Assembly (NCBI GenBank): GCA_012295275.1
Contig: CM022671.1
Location: forward strand, 23,622,001-23,686,000
Source of the DNA: Chrysomallon squamiferum
Lineage: Eukaryota; Animalia; Mollusca
Reading direction: 5' to 3'
DNA length: 64,000 bases
Position numbers and translations under genes: made by a program. The notes beneath the pieces were generated by a model, which saw nothing but the letters and a program-made list of their open reading frames with translations, was not told the origin of the DNA and did no database searches. Positions 1 through 15,167 of this stretch are shown here, one piece after another; position 1 is the stretch's first letter, and every line of letters begins with the position of its first letter.

Positions 1-78
1 AAATAAGTTGCTGGCGTGTTTCGTGTTCGTTCTAGTACTTGACAACCACAATGTTTTGGTCAGATGTTTAAGCGATCC

Positions 79-92
79 ATGTCACGTGACAT
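79..92. promoter_or_regulatory. Perfect 14-bp palindrome ATGTCACGTGACAT containing the CLEAR/E-box motif GTCACGTGAC, about 70 nt upstream of the TLCD-like start codon
   Basis: Seen directly at 79-92. GTCACGTGAC is the established TFEB/MiTF CLEAR element and a USF-type E-box. Function here is inferred. Confidence 0.5.
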
Positions 93-160
93 CTGTAAAG
101 GCGTGAAGAAAAAGATTTTTGATATTAATGTGTCGAAGAAAACTTATATTATAGTGCGAA

Positions 161-3100
161 ATGACAAATTTAACGAAGGAGTATACAAGTAATGTCAATT
201 TAGACCCCAAATATGGCTATTTTGCGACATTTATGTCTATTTTTTTCTTTCATTTGATAAATTTACTCGTAGCGTTTCTCGGCCCACCAAAGTCTATGCG
301 AGAAGACAAATGGAGATGGAAAAACCTGATCGTTTCGTGGTTTCACGCCCTTGTCTGTTCCGTGTGGTGTCTCAGTAGGTGAGTACGTTTGACAAATCAT
401 AGTTTTTGGAAATTTAACCTGACAACACTGTATTTAGAATGGCAATGGGGATGAGTAGGAAGAGGGAAAAGTGTTGAGCCAGATGTGTTTTGTCTATACC
501 GTATTTATCATAATGAAAGGTGTGCTTGCTATAGAAATCTGTTTCCTGGTATGGAAATAATGTAGTTTTTAGATACTTTTAAAGAAAATAATAATTATTT
601 TTATTTCCCAGACAGTATCTCATTTGGTTGTTTTGGACACAAGTCATAAATATATAAACAAATGAACAAAAGTTATTAATATTAAATAACACAATTGTAT
701 ATATAAATAGGCTATTATATAATTTAATCTGTTACTGCAGTTTTCTATATACAAATAAATAATATTTAAATTGTGGTATTTGAAACATGATAAGATGAGG
801 ACTTGTCAAAGATTGGGATAAAAGTTTCACCGTTTACTTGATTTGTTAAGACAGACGGGAAGAACAAATTCAGTTTGTTTTTCTTAAAGTTTGAATATTA
901 TTAATTTTTATTTTAAAAGTTTGCTAATTTGAAGGCCAACTTTGTCATTTATTCATCACATTATAAGTTACAGAAGAAAAAAAAACATAAGATAATAACT
1001 GATCATTTTAATACATTATATCTGTTGTATATTTTATAACATGATTTATAATTCTTCAGTTAACTTCTTCGGAAAGGTTTCCTCCCACACACACCCTGGT
1101 TATCATCAGTATAAATAGGGATTTTTTTGATGTATGTATTATTGCTTGAAATGCTGAAGACTTGTTTGCTTCTATTCGTTCTATTTAACCACTTACCTTT
1201 TAGTGTGTACAAAAAGCTTACAAAAAATAATCAACAAACACTTTTTATGGCAGGTGAGTGCAGATATAATATGATTATGTCCATAATTTAATGTAGTAAT
1301 TATTATAAAAGTGTTACAATAAATAAATGCCCGTGAAAGGTTCTGTTCATGCTTATAAAAACCTTGGAATTATGTAAGGACTCTTTCCCAATAGATTATT
1401 AATTAATAGATAGTGCTAAGATGATTACAATCAGGAGCTAAAAACTGAGTGTTAAGAGTGCAGGACTGATATGATAGTTTCAATAGCAGTTCATTTCAGT
1501 GCACCTATCAGATTATTTTTAATATCTGCCAGTGTCTTCAAAACTTGTTTATCAGTGGTTCTGTTCAGTAGTGTGATGCATGTGTGTGTAAATGCCTTGT
1601 GGTCAGTCAGAAATATCAGTAACATCTGGTTTCTTTGTATGTGTGCATAGTGCCCATAGCTATGTTTGACACCTATGTAACTGTAGATTAAAAATGTTTT
1701 GAAAACATCATTCAGTAATTCATTTCTTCTTTCATTATAAAATAAGACAGTTAAGTCAAGGATTGCTCTGAATGGAGAATTAAATTTGTGTAACCACATT
1801 GAAGATTATTGGGACAATGTTTGTGCAGAATAGTAAAAAACATAAAGTATTAAATATTTCAGTATATTTATTTTTTATTACTAACACAATGAAGTAAAGC
1901 ATCTTTAAGGTGTGTTCAGAGAAATGGCCCCTCTTTTTGTTTTTAAGAAATATTTGTTTGGTTGAACTGATGGGAAAGGATTAATCTTCAAAATAAAATC
2001 TGTAATTGATTTTGTCAGAAACTGATTTAATTATTTTTCTCAATATAAACTAAAATAGTATGTAACCTTAGGCATCTGGGCCAGGCATTTGTTGAAGTAA
2101 TGAAAGATAAATAATTCTTTTGCATTGTTACTGTACTTAATAAAATGGCAAAATTTATAATTCACAGAAAAAAACACACAATAAAACCCAACAAAAATTT
2201 CCACATAAAAATACAAATAAAACACTTAAAAAATTATAAATTATACATAATTTTTCTTCTTTGTGGCGTCATGTGTTATTTGGTGACAGAAAGATTGTAT
2301 GTTTCGTTTATTATAATTTTTTATTTTATCATAAAGTTTTCCTAACACTCTTCATGCTGAAAATGCAAACTAGTAGAATTGCCTGAAGTGAATGACTTCT
2401 ATACACGGATGAAAAAATATATTAAACTTTTAAATCATCAACACATAGCTAAAAAAAATGTAAAGCTGTCTGTGTAAAAATGTTATGTTTTTATTCTCAA
2501 AATGAATTTGGCACATGTTTAGAGAATTACTTCATAATACCTTTTATTTCAAAGTTGACGGTAAAATGTACTGATATTTGTAAAGTTCTTTATTGAGAAA
2601 AAAAGAAAGAATAACAGTTTTATCAGCTTTGTGTTAATTAACTGGTCAGTTCAGATACTTTGTAAATTGATCATTAATTAAACTGTTATGTGGAAACTTT
2701 AAAGCGTAAAAGGTTGCTTTAAAGAAGTTGAGATATTCACATGAGTGTTTTGAAAAATTAACGAGTTGCATCTCTTTGATCAATTAACCTTGAACTTACC
2801 ATAATACCAGCTTTATTCAGCTGAATATTTAACAATAAAAAAAAGAAGAAAAATTATTTATTTATTAATTATTGTATATTATATATGTGTGTACTAACTA
2901 TTAATTTGTTAAATTGTTTATGGTGAAATTGTAACAAACGGAACTATTTCCTGATTTGTTTTTAAATTTAGTTTTTCTTATGTAAAGATACAAACACAAT
3001 TTAATGCAGTTTGTATCTAAAAAAACCAACTATTTTTCATTATTATTATTAATTGATATTTGCTTGCCTTTGTTATACATACAATAATTTTCCATTTCTT

Positions 3101-6100
3101 TTTCAGTTTTGTGTTGTATCCTGATGAATTCCATGACATGATAGTTCAAGGGAATACCTTTATGTACTTGCTGATTGCATTTTCTGCAGGTAAGTATTAT
3201 GTAGTAATACATTTTTTTTATATACAAGATAACTTTTTATTTCTGATTATAAATGTCAAAGCAAAATGAAAATTGCAAATTCACTTGGGACTTTGATACC
3301 TGATAGTAGTAGTTATTAATGGTTATGCATCAGTTCCCTAGACATTATTGTTAATACACTTGGATGTCATTTGGATTAGTTAATGCCTTGTGTGTTCCAC
3401 AGACAGATGCATTCAACCATTTATAACCATGTGCTGTTGTCAGAATCATTAGCTGGATGGCAGCAGGCTTATACTGACTTGCTATGTTGAAAGTATTGAT
3501 AGTTTCATCAGGCTATAGGTTTAAGGCTGATTAAATATTTTGTGGACCTCAGCAGTGCTCATCTAAAGCCCATTCAGTTGAATTATTATCTCGTAATCAG
3601 TAGCTCTATGTTTACTGATCCACCCAGTGCTCTCTGCCTGTTGAATCAGAGGTCATGACCTGAACATTAATCTCTGTGGGAAGAATGAATTAAAGAATGT
3701 TAATTTACTGATAGAAAGTTACTGCTTGAAGAATGTGCTAGCCAGATATCACAATAACATGATTTTATAGCATCTCTAGGCCTACTTTAAGTTTAAGTGT
3801 AATAATAGCAGAAAACTGGAGCTTGTTTCTTTCAATTACAGTTCAGTTCTTATGAATAGCAGTGCATTGCTTTGACATTTTTATTATGATTTGTCTAGAA
3901 CACAGATGCCAAACCTTTTCAGTACGACACCAGTGTGAGAGCAACCAGAATTGTATATCACCCCAATTTAAAAATTGTTACACTTCTGTTTTTTATATTT
4001 TTAGTGAAAGCAGATTGATTGATGGTAAAGAAATTGCTGCTGAAGTGGATTTAAATTATATCATGGTCCTGTTCTGAAATGAACATTTTAAAATCTTATA
4101 TAAAAATAAATCAGATCAGATAAATTCTATGACAAAATGGAAAGCAAACAATAACAGTCATGTACAAATAATACTTTATCTTGGGGTACTGCTTTCTAGC
4201 TTGCAGTGTTGTTAATTATCTAGATGTAGATTGGATATAATTTAAAAAAAAACAATTATTTTAGATTTTTATTATTTACTCATGAATGCATTTTTTAAAT
4301 ATAGATATAATTTAAATCCACTTCAACATCACTTTCCTTAACTTTCACATTAGATTTAGAATCAAACAAGTGAATTTATCATTTGATTTGAGACACTTCA
4401 TTTGTTATGTTTACATTTTTGTCAATATTAAACTAACATGTTTGTTCAATTCAGTTTTCCCAAACTGCAACATCAGACTTAAAATCTTTCCTTTTGTTAG
4501 CCCAAATAATGATTACAATTTCATATTAAGTTTAAAACAGCCCCATTGGCTCTAAACCATACAGTAAAGAAGCATTTAATTTAAGTTGGCAAACATTTTA
4601 AGAAAAGAGATTAAAACTTTAGAGAGATTGGACACTGTAAAACTAGTGTTGTTGAGTAGGTATACTTATACTATCCATTATTGTGCTTTAAACCTTTAAA
4701 CATAGAGGTTTAATATAGAAATTATATATTTTTTTCATTTCCAATAAATTTTGCAGAATCGCTGTCTCACTCATGCCACCCATGAATTCTGGTTAGGAAT
4801 CTGTTGTCTAGAATGTACCTGTTATTATCTCAAAGTGTCACTTCAGGTTTAAGAAATTGTCTTGTGTCACTTTTTAAGATTTGTATCTGAAGATTATAGT
4901 GTCAAGTTCCAAGTTAAAATATATATTTTTTTTTATGTTTGTTTCAGGTTACTTCACTTATGACTTTATAGACATGATGCTTAACAAGAAGTTATTTAAA
5001 TTATGGGAAGTCACTCTACATCATATAGCAGTAAGTATTAGATTTTGTGAAATATGAAAAAAAAGAAAATGAAAAATGAAAACCAAAACCCTATCAACAA
5101 GGCCAACACAAACTGAAAAACACTTACTGGTCAAGCAATCTGATTATTACTAATATCATATTGATGTTTATGATAAAAATTATGCCTAAATTATTCAGTA
5201 GTCATGTTTCAGAGACATTTTATTGGGTTAAGAAGAATATTCAGACTGATAAACAGTAGCTATTGAATATTAGAATAAAGGTTGCCATGACCTGTTAATG
5301 ATTACTATTCCATTCACAAGAAAGTGGAAAACATAAATATTTCAAAGACCATTAACATTTTGAATTTGCTGGTTCTTTGGATCAGGAATACATTTTCATT
5401 TAAATGCAAACCTTGTTAATTACATATATGCAATCAACCTCCTCAAAAAACAACAAGAAATAGTACAATAATAATAAAAAATGTCCACATACTTTACAGG
5501 TTTATAAAAACAAGTTCATTTTTTTAAATTTGTTTTTATAATTTTTTATAATATTATTATTATAACTAAAACAAATGTTCTGGCAGGGAATAGAAAGATG
5601 TCTTTTGGAAGAAAAACAAAATGTTAAAATAGTTTTTCAGTTAATATAATACTGTACGGTATGAGTAACTGGCAGACTTTGTTTTCAGATACTGAACCAT
5701 GTGTTACATTACCATATGTTAAGCTGCACAATAATAAACTTTATATGTGTTATTAAATATACACTAACTGCAATAGCTTCTGAGTAAACAGTGTGTAAGA
5801 ATGTTCAGTATAAATATTTCTTTTATTCTAGAACCTGTATTATTGTTTGTGATTTTTTCACCTTCTTTTCAGGTTGCCTCCATGTTCTGGTACAATATTC
5901 AAGTACAAATCTGCATATCGTACAACATGGTAGCCCTTCTAGCAGAAGTAAACTCTTTTTTTCTGCACTCTAGAAAACTTCTGCAGATGGTGCAGATCCA
6001 CTTTGAAAATTGGTTCTACAAGTTTGTTGCCTTCCTGAATCTTGTGACTTTTGTCATCTTCCGCGGACTGTCTCTAGGTGGAATCACTTACGGTATGTTT

Positions 6101-6298
6101 GTGTGGTATACCAGGGTGCCACGGTGGTACTATGGAAGTATCTGTGGCTCCATGATCGTCATGAACGTGATGAATCCAATTCTCTTCTGGAGGTTGCTGA
6201 AAAGTGATTTTCTTCGAGGAGCTTCACCCAAAACTGAGAAGCCCTGCAAAATGATGAATGGAAATAACAACGTGAAGAACCACATCAAGGAGCACTGA
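161..6298 (+). CDS. TLCD2: TLC (TRAM/LAG1/CLN8) domain multi-pass membrane protein, TLCD1/TLCD2-like, 269 aa; exons 161-378, 3107-3189, 4948-5030, 5873-6298
   Basis: All introns are GT-AG (donors GTGAGT, GTAAGT, GTAAGT; acceptors TTTCAG). Phases 2,1,0 join into one 810-nt ORF. TLC motifs: KWRWKNLIVSWFHA, SAGYFTYDFIDM, TLHHIA, LLAEVNSFFLHSRKLL, TFVIFR. Orthology to TLCD2 rather than TLCD1 is by recalled similarity only. Confidence 0.9.
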
Positions 6299-8920
6299 CC
6301 TCCACAGGAGTCAAATAAATTAGAAAATACCTCACATAGGTGTATTTTCATGAGCATGAAGAATGGATTATTTCACGAATCAAAGGTTGTCTGAGGGAAG
6401 TCTGCTTCCTAAGAACCACACCTCTTGTAATAAACCTGAATAAAAATGTAATGTTCTTGTTCTCTTGCTGGTACACAAATACTCCAACCCTTCAAGCAGG
6501 AAAATGAATGCAGGTAAAATTATTTGTGTTCAATCTGAATTTTACCAGCAAGAAATCTGTGTCTTTGTAAATTGTTTTATAAATGACTGTGTATTATATA
6601 ATAATATTTGTGTGGTTGTAATTTTTTTTATTATTATTATTATTATTTAAGTAGAATTCAGCAAAAAAAAAAAAGGTGAGGGCTTGATGTCCAGAATCAT
6701 TTTTAAGTAAAAACAAAATTCTGATCATGTTATTTCATTTTCAGTGAAATCTTCATTTCTCATTTATCTTTTCTATGATTTTCTTCAGACTAAATTTGTC
6801 TGCATCATTGTTGTGAATCAATAATATACTTAGATTTACTGAGAACCCGTACAGTCGGGAGGCCAGAAAAGAACTATATTTTATTGTCCCATCCCAGTTA
6901 TATTATGAATAAAAAGGCCTACTTGCTCATCAAGAATCAATAAGTGTGTGTCATGTTAGAATTCATGTTTTTAGTTTTATGACATCTGTTACTAGTATAT
7001 TCAGCATAGCTTATCAGTATGTAAATTTACTTTTTGTTTTATCCACCCATAACTCATAACTCATAGCTGCATGATGTAGAATTATTTCATGACAAAATAT
7101 CTAGAAGTATCCGAGTTAAGTGCTTCCATGTTGATGGGATTTTTCCTGCTAAATTCATTTGCCAAGTATTTATATATATATATATAAAGTAGTATTGAGA
7201 CTGTTCTGATTATTTTTAAAATGATCTAAATAGTTATAGCTGCTGCTGGTTTATTTAATAAAAAAAGTAAAAAAAAAAAAAGTAAAATGATATGTAGTTC
7301 AATTGCCTGGAGAAATTTGAACTGTTTGGTTTGTTCTGGATCATTGGTTCAGATTAACCTCATATTACATAACCTGTTCATTCTGACATGTTGTGGTGAA
7401 GTAATGAGACATTATTTTGATTTTAGAACTTGCCTTAGTAAAAATATGAAAATAACTGAATGGGAGAAATTTTTAAGCATAATGTGCCAGTATTATCACC
7501 AAACTGTTGTAGTCAACACTGAAGAAGAATTTATTTTAAAATGGAATAATTGTCCATGACAAGTTTTCTGTTTTAAATGCACTTCATTCTGTTTGCAGCC
7601 AATCTGACACCATTTAATCCAAAACAATCTTGCTATTCTACCAAAGATTCCAAGGAGCAGCTTTTGTCCATTACCATTAACCCTGTAAACCAGATCTTTA
7701 ACATCTCTGACAGGGAGAATACTGTACAAAACTAACACAACACAGATAAAATTATCTCAGTATGACAGACAAAACTATCACCTTTCCTGATGGACTATGA
7801 CCCAGTTATCTGATCAGCGATTCACTGAAATATTAAGTAATTAACATCTGTTCTCGTAAGCAAATATAACTAACCAGTTAGCCAGGGGAAACAAATATGA
7901 TAACAGAAGGTATGTGTATAAATATACTGAATAAATGTTTAAGTAAACATTTAATTTGAGAATTAAAAAAATTTAGTATATCATTTGAGATTGAGCAAAT
8001 AAAAAGATAAAGGTTTACTTAATCTTACATATGGTATTTTCACCGACGTACAATATGTGATACGTACAAAGTGCAGTCGCTTTCTTTATGCACAGTTTGC
8101 ACTGGTTGTAGTGGACTTGATCAATTTCTGTTTCTTTGTGAAAATGGGGGTCAGAATGTTTTATTCAGGATCTCGCTAACACAGCATTAAACTGAGTAAA
8201 ACAAGTCCTCATTAACAAGGACTGGCCGTGCATTATATTTATATATACAATGTTGCCATCTTCAAGAGCGACTGTGGTTTGTTGTATGTCATAATAAATC
8301 AATAAAACAGCAGCAGCTTTACAGACCAACACAGCAAAGCCCTGACTAGATTTCACTGATTCTCTCAGGATCTCCAATACACACATACACACAATTATAT
8401 ATATAATTTAGTTTTCCTTCCGTTGCATAAGCAGTCTTTTGATATTAGAATGGACCAGGGATGATTATTATTTTTGCCATTTATTCTAAACAATTCGTGA
8501 GGTGCTGATGTTTTACACATAATTTTCATCTTTTTCTAGAAAATCTGGTTAATGTAAAGCTTGTAAATGCTTTTAAAATATTTTAGTTTTTCTGTAAACG
8601 ACCTCTCTGTGAATATTTCTTCTATATGCTGCTTGTAAACTAGACCAGATTGATAAATACCACAAATATTGTATTTTTAAGTTGTGCTGTTGTACATGTG
8701 TGCCATAGTGACATGATTTTGTTTTGATGTTAACATTAATTTATACCAGCAGTGAAAAACAATAATTCAATACCAATCTGTTTCATCTATATAAAATATT
8801 TTAGCAAGTTAAGTACTCCCCCCACAACCTTCCTTGTTTTAATAAAAGTGTTTGATTTAAACATTATTACTGTTGAAATTTATGTAATATAACAATAATA
8901 ATTTTGACACATGTTGGTAA

Positions 8921-8955
<35 letters not shown>

Positions 8956-9723
8956 TTTTATTAAATTTCAAAATATGTATATTTGGAGAATTAAAAATCT
9001 TTTATCTTTTATCACTGATAATTTTAAAATGGTGTGAAAATGATTAAACATTTTTGTAATTATGGTTAAACTTTTGCTCCTTATATTTGGATAAATTTAA
9101 TTCCTATCTTTGAAAGGTTGTTAAACCATAACATAAGTGTGTACTTTTTATGGGGTTTTGTTTTTGGTGTTTTAAATTATTGTAAAAAGAATGTATTTTG
9201 TCAATGAAAAAGATGTACAAAAACATTGGCTATTTATATAAGTACATCTTTATTTGACACAATTAATAAATAATTCATTTTCAATTTTTTCAATTTTTTA
9301 TTTTATCTTATTATTAATTTAATGTATGTTTACAGAATACTTTGAAGTTGCTGGTTATAAAAAAAAAAAAAAAAAAAAAAAAATCTTTTGTCATAACTAT
9401 TTAGAGGTCATTTATTACACCATAGGGCTTAATCTTTTGTATGCTGAGTGTTTAATGTAGCTTATAAAAATCCATTTTGGGGTGAAATATCAATTGTTTT
9501 ATTAAAATGAATGCTTCATTTTATGCCATATAATAATATATCAAAAATAAGTATACTGTGGAAGTATTTAAATGTGTTTGTTTATTAAATAACACACTTC
9601 CAGGCTATATTAATATCTGGTGATTGCTATGTAGAAAAAAATGACTGATTATAGAAAACGAATGAAACATATAGCAATATATATCATAATCAATAATAAT
9701 CATTTCAGTAATAATCCACATTT

Positions 9724-9758
<35 letters not shown>

Positions 9759-10364
9759 TTATTTAAATTATTTTTAATTAACGTAAATCAGAATTATCAC
9801 AAATGGATTATGCACTTAACAAAATTTGTTATTAATTTAAAATCTTACACTTTTATAAGTTATACACAGAATGGTTTGTATGCTTATAATAATAATAATG
9901 TTCATCTATTATAAATGGCTTCTTAAACACCAGTGTTCAAAAGATATGTGAAAATTATATTATGTATATTTTACAGTTTTTAGATATTTAAATTTTGTAT
10001 ATAAAAGAACATACAAGTTATAGTTTAATTTTATAAATTTTTCTCTGTTTCTATAGCTTTTGAAAATTTCCTTGCTGGCTAAGGTTTTTTTTTTTTGTTG
10101 TTGTTTTTGTTTTGTTTTTCTTGACAAGATTTAAATAAGCATTACCACTATGAACTGGGATGAGACAGTTGCATAAATAAATAAAAACCACAACAAACAA
10201 ACAGTATAAAACATAAATTAAAAATAGTTGATTAGGGCCTTTTAACAGTATTAGCTGTATATGAAACAGTTAATTTTATTCATTATCTCAAATTCCTTCC
10301 ATACATTTTATTTATTTATTTATTTATTTCATTACTAATGTTTATATTATTATTATTATTATTA

Positions 10365-10426
<62 letters not shown>

Positions 10427-13400
10427 CATTATTATTATTGTTATTATTGTTATTATTATTATTCTTATTCTTATTATTCTTAATGTGGGATGTGCGTGTG
10501 GTTTATATTTTATACTTTTAAATACCAGATTATGAATTAACTTTTACTCTATATTTATATATATTTTTATATGTTTCACATTTTTTGTACTGTGCAAAAT
10601 TTTTAATAATATTTTTTTATCTACTTTATAAGAAATAAGGTCTGTATTAATTCAGTTTTATAAAATAATTATTGAAAATAAATTCAATTTTATTCCAACC
10701 TACTCACATAAAAAAAAAAACACCAAAATACTTTCAGAGTAAATAAAAAAAGTATTTTATTTATTAAAAATTACACCACTTTTATACAGTTTGCTTAAAA
10801 TGGTATTCATGTAATATTTTACGAGAGTGAACATTAAAATATTGTTTTCAGCCTATAAAGACAGTGTCGTTATCACCAGTTTATAGCCCTTTTTCTTTTT
10901 CTTCTTTTTATTTTAAATAAAATTATTTAATTTTGTGCAGTACTTATGATTTGTAACATTATTAGAACAATTTTGAAAGTTTAACTTACACTATGGAATT
11001 CAAGAAATTTTTGTTTTTATTTATTATATGCTCTCTCAGAGAAAAAATATTACAAACTTAGTAATAAATTGAAAACAAAAAACACATACAACTGATGACA
11101 GTTGGAGCCAAAATGTTTAATGCAGGATATTTTTTTTATAATGCTAATATAAAAGAGTGTTTTTTTATTATTTTATAATCTACATACTGTATATTAATTG
11201 TTGCATAATTGTAAAATACATTCATTTTAATTTGTTAGCTATCAAGCTGAATAAACATTAAGGTTAGACTAACACAGTACCATAAATCTATGAAAGATCA
11301 TTTTACATGCATCTCATGTATATGTTTTGACAAGCATTTAAGTTCTAAATAGCTCTGGATTTTTTAAAAAGAATATATTTTTATTTTGGAGATAGTAGAA
11401 TATTTGGAAATGTTTGTAACTAAATATTTAAAAATATCTTTGTAGATCAGTTGCTTTCTGTTTGTTTATAATAATAACAATAATAACCACATGTTTCAGA
11501 TATAACAAATTTTGTGTTTTCTGAAATACAGTGATACAAGCAATGGAAGCTGTTAACCACAATGTTTTTTTTTGTTTTTTTTTATATGTTATTAACTATT
11601 AAAACTGAAACATAAGACAGTATAAATAATATTTATATGTTTTTAGATATTTATAAATTTTTGTATCATTATTTATTGTTAAATATTGTTTTCTGAAGTG
11701 TTGTGATGATAAAAAAGGAAAAGGCTAAAACAAAACCATATATTTTTTTATTTATAAATTAATTTTTAATCTGATTGTTGTTTCTTAACAGTCTTTATAA
11801 AAGGTTGACCACATTTAATGGTTAAACATTTTTCTTTTTTTATACAAAAGTATTTTCAATTTAAAAATATGTCTTTATAAATCCTTTTTAAATATTTTTT
11901 TGATGTGAATTTTTCAATCCTGGTTTATTTTGATTGCTATTTTTATTATTATTGTTATTATTATTATCCAAAAAATTTATAAAAATAAAAATTAGTATTT
12001 AGAAAATGAAATAATTTTAGTAAAACCATCATGTGTAGAAAAATTACATTTTAACACATCACAAGAAACTCATTGTCATGGCTACATTTGATCGTGAATT
12101 AAAAATTATATTAGCTTCATCATATCCATTATTAGAGGTTTTTTTCTCTTGATCATAGCATGAACTGTACATTGACAACATTTTACTTCAACCGGTATTT
12201 TTAAAATTACACAACTATTTTTTAACAACCAAGCAAAATAATCCACTGGTTAATAACCACTTAATACACAAATGTGAAACAGCATATGATGCCACATCGT
12301 GTTCTCTTTTTCCTTTTCTTTTACCAAAATGAAATATATATATATAAATATATACATATATATGTATAATTTTGTATTGTGTAAATAAATGTCTTGCTTT
12401 TGTATAAAGCCAGCTTTTCGTATTTGACTGAACAATTGTGTTCTCTCTATATAAGATGTTATTTTTTAAATGTATACTATTGTTATAATTATATGGGAAC
12501 GACTGGCTGGGCTCTGTACAATGTATATGTATGTATATATACATTATTGATAATAAACAGTGTTTGAATGGCTGGACCTGTTGGTTTTCGACCGTTGTCT
12601 GAAAGGTTGCGATATTAAGGCAAAATCTGTTTCGAAAAACGGTGTATATAAACTTCCATAGACATTTTTGTGCCGATTGTCATATATATTGATTTTGTTT
12701 GATAAGTACAATTGTAATTAGGTTTATGTTGGACGATGTATTGTTTTTGTTGACCTAAACTTCCACTTGTGCCACAGTTACTAAAATTAAGATTAAATGA
12801 TTTAATTTCTAGAATAATTTCTAACTTGGAAAACATTTTATTATTTAGATAAACTCATTATTATTAATATAAATTATTATTATTATTTTGAATATAATTT
12901 AATATTTAACTTATTTTGTTATTTCATTACTTTTTTTTTTTTTTTTTTTCTTTTCTTAGGGGGTTGGAGCTTGGTGGGACATTTTTTTTTTTTTTTTTTT
13001 TTTTTTTTAGGTCTATCAAAGGAAAAGCAGAAGTTTAAGGTCTAATGTCAGTACAGCTGAAACTATTAACTTATATATATATATATATTTTTTAATGTGA
13101 CGAAACGATGTGCTTTAGAATTCTGTTAGTTCATAAATGCCTCAGTTGCTCAATTGTTTTATGTGTGATGTTGACTGAAGGCATATGATATTATATATTA
13201 TATACATATACATATACACACACGCAGATTATATTTAACAGGGTTCATTTGTTTTACAGAGGTACGCTGTTACCACTTCTAACCATTTCAGTTGCAAGGA
13301 GCGGAATTCAGCAGCTGAGTCGCGTGTGCAGCACAATTACATTTATCTTTGTCGTGTAACTCCCAATTCTCACCTGCGCAAACAGATCACGTTACAGACA

Positions 13401-15037
13401 TCCAGTGTAATTAATACTATTCGCTACATTTAGCAACGGATTTATTAGCATTAGCATTTATATTGTTTATTTTATTGTTATTACTATTATTATTTGTGTT
13501 TTGTTAAAACTGACCTTAACACCTCGGCTGAAACTTTCTTTGTGACAAAAAAATATATATATTAAGGGACTGTTTCGATGTTCCATCTTAACATGGTACA
13601 GTTAAAAGTAATGGCACTGGCTGTACTTACTTACTTACTTACTTACTAGCGAGCGTGCTAACGTACGTTCGTGTCTATCGTTTAGCAGCGTAATTTACGA
13701 TGAAGTGTAATAACGACTTACGTTTTCATCAGCCAGCCCTCTGCTTTTGTTTCGTTGCATGGAAACATAAATGAGGTCTCGCTTAGTCTTAGAAACGTAC
13801 CTATATACTGCTAGATGTACCTGCATCGGTTACCATCCCCGCTGCACCGCGGGTCACGCACTCGGAAAATTATCTTTTCATTCAGGAAAGTTTTTATTAC
13901 TGCTGAATTGCGCACCCTAAAAACACAAAAGAAACAAAATGATTGGTAAGAATGATTCTCGCTATTTTTGCAGTCTTTTTATTGCTTATTGTCAAACTTG
14001 TTTGGATATATGTACTATTTTGTATATGCCTTGAAATAAATAAATAAATGAATAAATAAATAAATTTAAAAAATTGCCCGACTTACTTTTGTTTTGTTTT
14101 TACATTGTTTGTTACCATTGTCACTGACATCATCTTGAACGTCATTGTTGTTTTGGGTTTTTAAAAAAAATGATTTATTATTAATATCATCAACAACATC
14201 ATAAATGCAATGGTTGCACCTCAGTAATAAATATTGATGTATTAGCTGCAGCTGTTGAATTTTAATATTAAAACAAATAATAAAATAAACATTCAAATTT
14301 AGTATTTTGTATCGGAGGTCATTCAGTTAAAAAAAAAAAAAAATAAAAAGTAACAAGAAAGAAAGGAAACTAACATTTATATGTATACACAACCATTGTT
14401 GAATAAGAAATTGATTATTTTGTTTTTAAATCTTTATTATTATTATTATTGTTATTATAATAATAATAATTATTATTATTCTCTACCTGTCGTAAATGTA
14501 AAATCCATAATGCTATTCCAAATTTGAGAAGACTCATTTTAAAATGCAGTATAAGATGTAGAGTGAATTATACATTTTCATTAGATACAATGTAAACGTG
14601 AAAGTTATAATCCCATCTGCGTTTTGATTACATACACGAAAGCTGATGTAACGATCAATAATTATTACACACGTTTTCTTCGATTCTTATTGAAGATATC
14701 AGTGATTCTATATACTACACACTGGTATATCAATATAGTTATCATTATCATTAGTAATATCATCATCATCATCATCCTGATAATCATCATTCATGTTATA
14801 CAATAAAAACAGTTCAGATTGTACTAGGAAATAGGTGGTGAAAAAAACAAAAAAAACTTAAAGAACATTAATATAAATTTAACTACCTTATTAACATTTC
14901 ACCCACTCGCTGTTGCATATTAATCGTAATAAAACTCGTTTAGATTTCTGCCAATGCTGTCATTTTACCTCCCACTTCTGTTAATATATTATTATTTTAT
15001 TTTAATCTAGTCTATTTTATTATTATTATTTTTTTAC

Positions 15038-15082
<45 letters not shown>

Positions 15083-15136
15083 TTTTTTTTATTTTTTATT
15101 TTTTTTATTATTATTATGATGATGGTGATGATGATT

Positions 15137-15167
<31 letters not shown>

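Noticed and set aside
5801-5872. ORF-track N-terminus of the 165-aa ORF
   Set aside because: Intron sequence upstream of the acceptor ending at 5872.
7287-8392. Short ORFs downstream of TLCD (7287-7559, 7496-7738, 8165-8392)
   Set aside because: No recognisable motifs and no consistent splice signals linking them. Probably UTR or intergenic.
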